In this document: one piece after another, positions 37,430 through 43,215 of the stretch | How the letters are laid out: each line of letters begins with the position of its first letter | Position numbering within the stretch: position 1 is the stretch's first letter | Notes under the pieces: model-generated | Seen by the model: the letters and a program-made list of their open reading frames with translations, nothing else | Databases searched by the model: none | What the model was told of the DNA's origin: nothing | Source: a virus | Taxonomy: Duplodnaviria; Caudoviricetes | IMG/VR virus record: IMGVR_UViG_3300032303_002980 | Span: 1 to 43,215 of that record | Length of the DNA: 43,215 nt | Strand: one strand, 5' to 3' | Program-made: the position numbers and the translations under genes

Positions 37430-38091
37430 TTTACATTATTTTTTAGGGCATCTAAATTTGGATACTTTTTATCTCCTAACGCTCCATCTGCAAAACCATA
37501 ATACACCGCTTCTGACGCAGTAAGTATCCAATCTGTTTTATTTGCTAATTGACTTTCTATATGTTTTCTAACAAAAGGTCTTTTCCAATTTTTTTCTTTA
37601 GACATGGGAGAAGATATCCATTTCTCAACAAATATATCGATCATTTTTAATGATTCTCTTTCGCTCCACTGCAAACTACTAATAGCGGCTTTATGTTCAT
37701 CATCAATAGTTATAGACCCATAATGGATCAACATATTAACATTTGGCATAAGTATGCGGGTGTTAGCTGCTTGAAAAATTATACTACTAGCAGATTGAAC
37801 TTTTGCATATGCCAATATTGTTGTTTTACATTTACAATGTTTTATTGTGTCATAAATACTTAAGCAGTCTTCCCAGTCTCCTCCGGGTAGGTGCATATGA
37901 ATAAGTATAGGCTCTCCAGACAATAAACACAGATATCTTAGATTTTTTTCAAAAGTAATAGCAGACCTATAATCAACACCACTATCTTCATCATCCGCAA
38001 TGTATGAATGCAAATAAATTTCTCTATTTTTAATATCCAAACCATAAGAATGAATAGCATTAATTTCTTCAGTAATTGTTGCTCTAGGCAT
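37426..38091 (-). CDS. clpP: ClpP-family peptidase
   Basis: REIYL, HLPGGD, IYDTI, QSASS (Ser), MLIHYG (His), DWILTASEAVYYGFAD. Confidence 0.85.
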   Translation of the reverse strand: MPRATITEEINAIHSYGLDIKNREIYLHSYIADDEDSGVDYRSAITFEKNLRYLCLLSGEPILIHMHLPGGDWEDCLSIYDTIKHCKCKTTILAYAKVQSASSIIFQAANTRILMPNVNMLIHYGSITIDDEHKAAISSLQWSERESLKMIDIFVEKWISSPMSKEKNWKRPFVRKHIESQLANKTDWILTASEAVYYGFADGALGDKKYPNLDALKNNVK

Positions 38092-38527
38092 TATTTAACT
38101 CTCTATAAATTCTAGAATTTATTAGTCTCATGATAGTTGAATCGTCAAAGGCTTTACCAACACCAACCCTAAATCTATATCTAGTAAATATATTTAACGT
38201 TTCAACACCATCTGTTTTTTCTATAATATCTGCAATTTTATTAGTAATATTGAAATTAGTATGTCCAACCCAAAAATTAAAAATTTTGCCACTCATGGTA
38301 TTATCGTTAACGGGTATGATACCCATAGGGGTAGCAATAACTTTAATAGGTTCTCTTTTAAGATAGGGTAAATTATTTTTTATATTTTCATTTATTTGAT
38401 TATCTTCATCATCATCAACATCTTCTTCATAGTCTCCAACATATGGATCAAAATCTATACCGTCTTCGATATCGCTACCAAAAGGATCAGCCCACTTCTG
38501 CCATATAATTTGTTTAGATTGTTCCAT
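38084..38527 (-). CDS. Hypothetical protein with an acidic linker
   Basis: WQKWADPF; FNFWVGHTNF; DGVETL.IF.RYRFRVGVGKAF. Confidence 0.65.
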   Translation of the reverse strand: MEQSKQIIWQKWADPFGSDIEDGIDFDPYVGDYEEDVDDDEDNQINENIKNNLPYLKREPIKVIATPMGIIPVNDNTMSGKIFNFWVGHTNFNITNKIADIIEKTDGVETLNIFTRYRFRVGVGKAFDDSTIMRLINSRIYRELNNA

Positions 38528-38592
38528 TTTTCACATTCTGTAATGTCATAACTTACTAAATATATAGTAATTAAATATTGACCAGAAACAAC

Positions 38593-38994
38593 TTATTTTA
38601 AGTTAAAAACTTGACTAGGTTTAATAACTGGAGAATTAGAAGACAAAGAATGATTACTTTGTATGTGCTGTTTGATGGTTTCGCAGAAAAATAACACATT
38701 ATCCAATAACAGTTGTTCTTTTACGTTATTGCTATCTTTAATTGTTTTTTCAATAACATTATTTAAATCTTGTCTAAATGAACGAGTTCCCAAATAAATT
38801 AATAGTTCGGCATATTTTTCAGCCGCACTAATAATTTCGCCATCTTCTATTGATTGTACATCATACATTAAACCAATATCAATATCATTGTTTGACAATA
38901 TTTTAATTTGTATTGTAAATAAATCTTGATGCGATTTTGATCTTTTAAAGTATGAAATAAACTTATTATAAATATTGAATAATTTTTTGAGCAT
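38593..38994 (-). CDS. Hypothetical protein
   Basis: Intact ORF ending PVIKPSQVF. Confidence 0.6.
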   Translation of the reverse strand: MLKKLFNIYNKFISYFKRSKSHQDLFTIQIKILSNNDIDIGLMYDVQSIEDGEIISAAEKYAELLIYLGTRSFRQDLNNVIEKTIKDSNNVKEQLLLDNVLFFCETIKQHIQSNHSLSSNSPVIKPSQVFNLK

Positions 38995-39310
38995 TAATAG
39001 GGAAACTTATTTCTTTAATGTGTGATAATTTAGCTATTGATTTAGTTGAACAGTCCTGCATTATGAAAGTTATATAGTATATATACAACTCATTATCTTC
39101 TATAACAATGTCTGTTAATCTATTATTGAATATTTCTATATCAGATTTTACATACTGAGTGATTGTATGATTTAGGATATCCGTAATATTGATATTAGGC
39201 TCTATATTTATCTCAATTGGTTTATTTGTATCTACAGACACAACACAATCATATCTGTTGTTTTGGTAGTTAAATAGTATTGGTATTAAAATAATTTTAG
39301 CATTTATCAT
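38966..39310 (-). CDS. Hypothetical protein
   Basis: Intact ORF overlapping its neighbours. Confidence 0.55.
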   Translation of the reverse strand: MINAKIILIPILFNYQNNRYDCVVSVDTNKPIEINIEPNINITDILNHTITQYVKSDIEIFNNRLTDIVIEDNELYIYYITFIMQDCSTKSIAKLSHIKEISFPINAQKIIQYL

Positions 39311-39893
39311 AAGATTTTATAATTTCTATTGCTCTTTTGATATTTTGTCTTATTGCTTCTCTTGATACTCCAAATTTTTTACCAATAGCAGACAATGTAA
39401 GATTATCTAAATAATACATTTTTAATTGATTTTTTTGTTTATCAGATAACATATTACTTGTCAGGATTGTTGATATGTAATTTGTTAGATTATCAGATTC
39501 CTCTTTTTGAATTAAAAGGTCTAATGGATCAACAGATTTATTATCTTTAATTGTTGCAGATATTTCGGACGAATCATCTATATTAAAATTTAAACTAATT
39601 TTTGGACTATTGTCGTTATTCTTTTTGTATTTATTGCTTATATAAGTTTTTATAGCCCATATAGCGCATTGATTTCTATAAGAATAGAGGGTTTTTTTCA
39701 TTCCTTCTTTTCCAACTCGATTGGGATCAAATCGCCAATCTGCATACATAATAGCTGTGGCAACATCAGATACGGCATCAGTATTCTTTAACATTTCAGC
39801 CGATAATCCATTATAAAATTTTGGTCCGAATTTTGATATTGTTTTTTTAGCTAAGTTTAAATAACTATCCAGCGAATCATACACTTGAGTCAT
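39297..39893 (-). CDS. Phage RNA polymerase sigma factor (sigma70 regions 2 and 4)
   Basis: AIMYADWRFDPNR....YSY....IWAIKTY (region 2); LSDKQK.......NLTLSAIGKKFGVSREAIRQ..KRAI (region 4 HTH); AAGGA SD. Confidence 0.85.
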   Translation of the reverse strand: MTQVYDSLDSYLNLAKKTISKFGPKFYNGLSAEMLKNTDAVSDVATAIMYADWRFDPNRVGKEGMKKTLYSYRNQCAIWAIKTYISNKYKKNNDNSPKISLNFNIDDSSEISATIKDNKSVDPLDLLIQKEESDNLTNYISTILTSNMLSDKQKNQLKMYYLDNLTLSAIGKKFGVSREAIRQNIKRAIEIIKSYDKC

Positions 39894-39945
39894 ATTGTTT
39901 CCTTTTTGGAGTCCTAAAATATTTTACTATCGCAACTATACTAAA

Positions 39946-40692
39946 TCATTTAGTTAAGTTTTTCCATTGCTCTGGGTCTGGCCTATCTTTATCTCCAGGT
40001 TTGGCTGGTCGATATTTTTTACCCATCCTGTCTTTTTTCTTTCGGATATTATCCCATAAACCTTCTTTAGAGGTTGTCTCTGTAGTATCATCGTCACTTT
40101 CTGGAGATAAGATCACAAAATCTCTGATGGTGCTCATGTAGTCAGCAACTATAGCGATCTTACCCTGCAACCAGGGCTGTGTCAAGTTTTCTTTAATTTT
40201 TGGATCATCCAAGGAATCTAGAATTCTGTTGGCATGAGCAACCACTGATTTTAAAGCAACAATATTCATTTCAATAAATTCATCTTTATAGTTTTCAAAC
40301 TGTTCTTCCATCTCGTCTTCATCTTCGTCTTCCTCAACATCGTCAGCTTCTTCTATATTATAGTCCATAATTGTTGTTGGTGGACTCAACATGTTCATAT
40401 CAGCTAAGCCATAATCGTCTCTAGAGTCAACTAAAGTTAGCTGATCTTCAGTTTTTCTTAAATATTGATCCACAGTCCATGATTGTCCAGCATTCGTTGT
40501 TTTGTAGCCTATTACATAGCCTATATTTTCTGGTAGTTCTTCTATGTCTTGAACTATTCCTTCACTCCCATAATGCATACATGCTGTATTTGTGTTTTTG
40601 ACTTTATCACCAGCTTTAATTTTAGATACAGCGGTGATCTTTTTACATAGTGATTGTTCAACAATATTTAATAAATTATATATGCGGTCCAT
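39946..40692 (-). CDS. Modular hypothetical protein (probably virion/head-associated)
   Basis: KAGDKVKN SH3/KOW-like start, acidic tract, PWLQGKI..ADY, and a basic GLWDNIRKKK tail. Confidence 0.55.
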   Translation of the reverse strand: MDRIYNLLNIVEQSLCKKITAVSKIKAGDKVKNTNTACMHYGSEGIVQDIEELPENIGYVIGYKTTNAGQSWTVDQYLRKTEDQLTLVDSRDDYGLADMNMLSPPTTIMDYNIEEADDVEEDEDEDEMEEQFENYKDEFIEMNIVALKSVVAHANRILDSLDDPKIKENLTQPWLQGKIAIVADYMSTIRDFVILSPESDDDTTETTSKEGLWDNIRKKKDRMGKKYRPAKPGDKDRPDPEQWKNLTK

Positions 40693-40694
40693 TA

Positions 40695-41258
40695 TTATAC
40701 CTGTAATGTTAAGAAGTTATCTATGCCCATTTCTTCGATTAATTTTAGAAAACCTTCATAAAGCTCAATACCATCTTCACTTCCTTGTAATAGTTCAATA
40801 AACATATTGGCGGTAATTTCATCTCCAACCGATCTAGCAGCAACTATCGTCGCTCTTTCTGCTGCTGATGCTTCTCTTACGGAGTCCAGATTGTATTGTA
40901 TCATTGCGGCCATATCATGACGTTTCCAAACCGGTGGACTCAATACTAATGGCTGATAATCGGCATCAAAAAATTCTAATCTCTTAATGTTGATTGCGGC
41001 ATGGGTCTGTTCTTGAATAGCATCTTCCTTAATAATTGCTGCTAATTTTTTATATCCCCACCTTTGAAGATGTTCAGCTTGAGCTGTTAATACTGTTGTT
41101 TGTTGCCAGTGTATGTTTAATGATTTTTTTATTAATTCAATTACGGTATCAGAAGTATACCCAGTAACTTCTTGTGCTTGTGTTGGTGTTGGTGTTTCTG
41201 ATATTGGCGCTTGATACTGTTGATTTAGTAAGTCATTGATTGATTTTTTATCAGTCAT
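40695..41258 (-). CDS. Bacterioferritin-like protein with a degenerate ferroxidase centre
   Basis: H..RWGYKKLA, EQTHA...KRLEFF, GDEITA.MF.ELL, MGIDNFL are Bfr-like patterns. Confidence 0.75.
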   Translation of the reverse strand: MTDKKSINDLLNQQYQAPISETPTPTQAQEVTGYTSDTVIELIKKSLNIHWQQTTVLTAQAEHLQRWGYKKLAAIIKEDAIQEQTHAAINIKRLEFFDADYQPLVLSPPVWKRHDMAAMIQYNLDSVREASAAERATIVAARSVGDEITANMFIELLQGSEDGIELYEGFLKLIEEMGIDNFLTLQV

Positions 41259-41267
41259 TACATTCTC

Positions 41268-41807
41268 CTAAGTTAAGTCTGATACATTTGGTCCGGACCA
41301 CATTTTGCAGCTCCAGTAGTTAGCTTTCCATCGTGGGCCAGGATTATCACAATTGTGTCTTGCTCTGTATGATCTACGACGAGCTGGATCGTCTCGTTTA
41401 ATTTCCATATTAGGATCGCCAAAATTAACTTTTACAATATTACCTTTGTCATTTTTGACATGAACACTGAATTTTTTGGGACCATTTGGTGTTCTTACTG
41501 GTTTATTTAATTTGACTTTTTTTCCACCTTTTTCCTCTGCTATAATTTTTTCGTTCTCATCATAAACTATGTTTGCTTCAATTTCCCAAACAAACTCATT
41601 CCACTCATCATCCCATGTACAATTATTAGCTAATAGTTCGTCATGAACATCTTCTATTAATGATGATTTATTTTTTTTGCTTTGACCTATGCAAATAGCA
41701 ACACGTTGTTTATTATCTGGATAATCTTTTTTCATTACCTCATCACCCATGCAACGAGCTATGAACTTTTGCTTATCTTCGTTTTCATTTTTTGATGGAA
41801 TAGGCAT
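41268..41807 (-). CDS. Conserved phage hypothetical protein
   Basis: N-terminal E.KQKFIARCM......YPD.KQRVAIC; C-terminal KKF.V.VK....VKVNFGD..M......RR.SYRARH.C......ANYWSC. Confidence 0.7.
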   Translation of the reverse strand: MPIPSKNENEDKQKFIARCMGDEVMKKDYPDNKQRVAICIGQSKKNKSSLIEDVHDELLANNCTWDDEWNEFVWEIEANIVYDENEKIIAEEKGGKKVKLNKPVRTPNGPKKFSVHVKNDKGNIVKVNFGDPNMEIKRDDPARRRSYRARHNCDNPGPRWKANYWSCKMWSGPNVSDLT

Positions 41808-41817
41808 ATAGTGTCTC

Positions 41818-42876
41818 CTACTTAGGAATACACCTTACAAGTTCTTGAGCAGAATTCTCCCAAGAATACTTTTTGGCCGTTTCTATTCCATACGAATTAG
41901 CCGTTATTTTATTATTATAAACAAATCTCATATATTCAATAATATTTTCTATCTGATTATTTCCTAATTTGGCCCAATTCCCTTGGCCCTGAAATGCTTT
42001 ACCGTCAACAGCCCTTTCTGTTTCATCAATATTGACCAAATAACAGTTATCTGGTGTGCAAAATTCTGTATGTGCAGAATAATTTGTTGCTATTGTTGGC
42101 TTACCCATACTCATTGTTTCTAATAGTTCCAGATTCCATCCCTCTGCTCTTGATGGATATAATCCACAATCAGAGTTTGCAATTAATTGGGCTATTTCTT
42201 CTTGATTGTCAAATCCAGAAAATAATTTTATTCTGTCTGAACCATACATATTTTTCCATTGTTTCAATTCATCCGGAGATGAGTATGAATTAGTTTTCTC
42301 TGATGCTAAGATCCATAGTTCAACATCCTTTTGGTTTGGAAAAGCTCTGTTAAATAAAGACAATAGAATATCATGGCCTTTACGAACTTCCCATTTTCCT
42401 ATATTTAGAAAAACATATTTCTCATCTGATCTTGTTTTTTTTATGGTATTATTAAAAATATTTCTATCAACACCCAACGGAACTACAAATGATTCAGAAT
42501 CTATTCCGTTCTTTCGTAAAACTTCCTGACCCCATTTGCTGCTGACACATATATTATCTGGAACTTTTAAATTAATTTTTTCATGATCACTAAATGTGTC
42601 TAACTCAAAAAAGGGATAAGCAATATATTTACCTCGCCCAATATGTTCAAGTAAATCAAATTGATGCCATATTTTAAAATTTACAGCATTAATATCAATA
42701 TTTGTTCTTTTTTTTAATAAAGATACGATAAGATCATGATCTTTTTGGTTATTAACTGATGGCTGACCTATGGGATAATAAGTTACATCTGTTATTTGTG
42801 CTAGTTCTCGTAAAATGTTAATCGACGCTAAGCCATAACCAGTATTGTTAATTGGGCTTGAATAATTTATTTTCAT
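41818..42876 (-). CDS. Glycosyltransferase family 4
   Basis: TGYG, FFE, VPLGVD..IF, FLNIGKWEVRKGHD.L, PSRAEGWNL.LLE.M.MGKP.IATN. Confidence 0.92.
   Translation of the reverse strand: MKINYSSPINNTGYGLASINILRELAQITDVTYYPIGQPSVNNQKDHDLIVSLLKKRTNIDINAVNFKIWHQFDLLEHIGRGKYIAYPFFELDTFSDHEKINLKVPDNICVSSKWGQEVLRKNGIDSESFVVPLGVDRNIFNNTIKKTRSDEKYVFLNIGKWEVRKGHDILLSLFNRAFPNQKDVELWILASEKTNSYSSPDELKQWKNMYGSDRIKLFSGFDNQEEIAQLIANSDCGLYPSRAEGWNLELLETMSMGKPTIATNYSAHTEFCTPDNCYLVNIDETERAVDGKAFQGQGNWAKLGNNQIENIIEYMRFVYNNKITANSYGIETAKKYSWENSAQELVRCIPK
41829..41834 (-). promoter_or_regulatory. GGTGTA motif at the 3' end of the GT gene, upstream of the next gene
   Basis: Minus strand GGTGTATTCCTAAGTAGGAG, then ATG 41807. 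Confidence 0.5.
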
Positions 42877-43215
42877 TTTTCGTATATCTTATTGTGAGTA
42901 TTGTTGACTTGTATAAATGTTGTTTTCTTGCCAAAATCTTTTATTTTATTAGCACCAATATAAGTACAGGCACTTCGTATCCCGCCACAAATATCTAATA
43001 TAATTTCTTCAGCTGAACCCTTGTAGTCAACAGTAACACATTTTCCTTCTGCTGTTCTATATTTAGCAACTCCATCATGATGTTTATTCATTGCATTTTC
43101 AGAACTCATTCCATAAAATGATAGGTAGGACTTTCTTAACCTTCTAGAATCTATAGGGCTTTGATCCTGCTTCAATTTCTCCCATATATTATCGTTGTTC
43201 AAATACTCATATTTC
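42873..43215 (-). CDS. guaC: GMP reductase, C-terminal part (truncated by the window edge)
   Basis: FYGMSS..AM.KH..GVAKYR.AEGK.V.V.YKG......DI.GG.RSACTYIGA...K.TTFI.V; the frame is open to the window end. Confidence 0.88.
   Translation of the reverse strand, partial: KYEYLNNDNIWEKLKQDQSPIDSRRLRKSYLSFYGMSSENAMNKHHDGVAKYRTAEGKCVTVDYKGSAEEIILDICGGIRSACTYIGANKIKDFGKKTTFIQVNNTHNKIYEK

Noticed and set aside
37502-37507. GGTGTA inside the clpP coding sequence
   Set aside because: It lies within conserved codons (A-V-Y), and a few chance hits of a 6-mer are expected in 43 kb. It could still be an internal promoter.
8767-42529. Numerous short + strand ORFs in the ORF track (e.g. 10348-10704, 17128-17451, 22258-22698, 42206-42529)
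   Set aside because: They are antisense shadows of well-supported minus-strand genes and have no motifs.
1-43215. tRNA, rRNA, IS elements, integrase
   Set aside because: None recognised by eye, and intergenic gaps are mostly too short; a covariance-model scan was not possible.

Overview
This AT-rich, gene-dense 43 kb window is best read as part of a large (jumbo-type) tailed dsDNA phage genome, with almost all genes on the minus strand. It holds a replication/recombination module (split DnaE, DnaQ-like exonuclease, SSB, DnaG, DnaB, RecA, Cas4/RecB-like nuclease) and nucleotide metabolism genes (class II NrdJ, dCMP deaminase, dNMP kinase, GuaC, PhoH). There is also a glycosyltransferase cluster, a membrane-protein plus papain-like peptidase cluster, tail-fibre-like ORFs, ClpP, a sigma factor, and DeoC-like and bacterioferritin-like proteins with degenerate active sites. 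Top observation: the true 5' end of the polymerase gene (SD AAAGGAG + ATG at 15134, MDVNKGYVPLHVHS) hits a TAG, and the frame resumes 10 nt later (TCT|TAGAGAATCA|CAT) to give the canonical PHP motif HVHSHYSLLDG. The gap is flanked by two Ser codons and lies inside mutually exclusive RNA hairpins, making it a candidate programmed ribosomal bypass (hop). A recurrent intergenic GGTGTA motif is a candidate phage-specific promoter. All family calls come from motif recognition by eye; no database searches were run.
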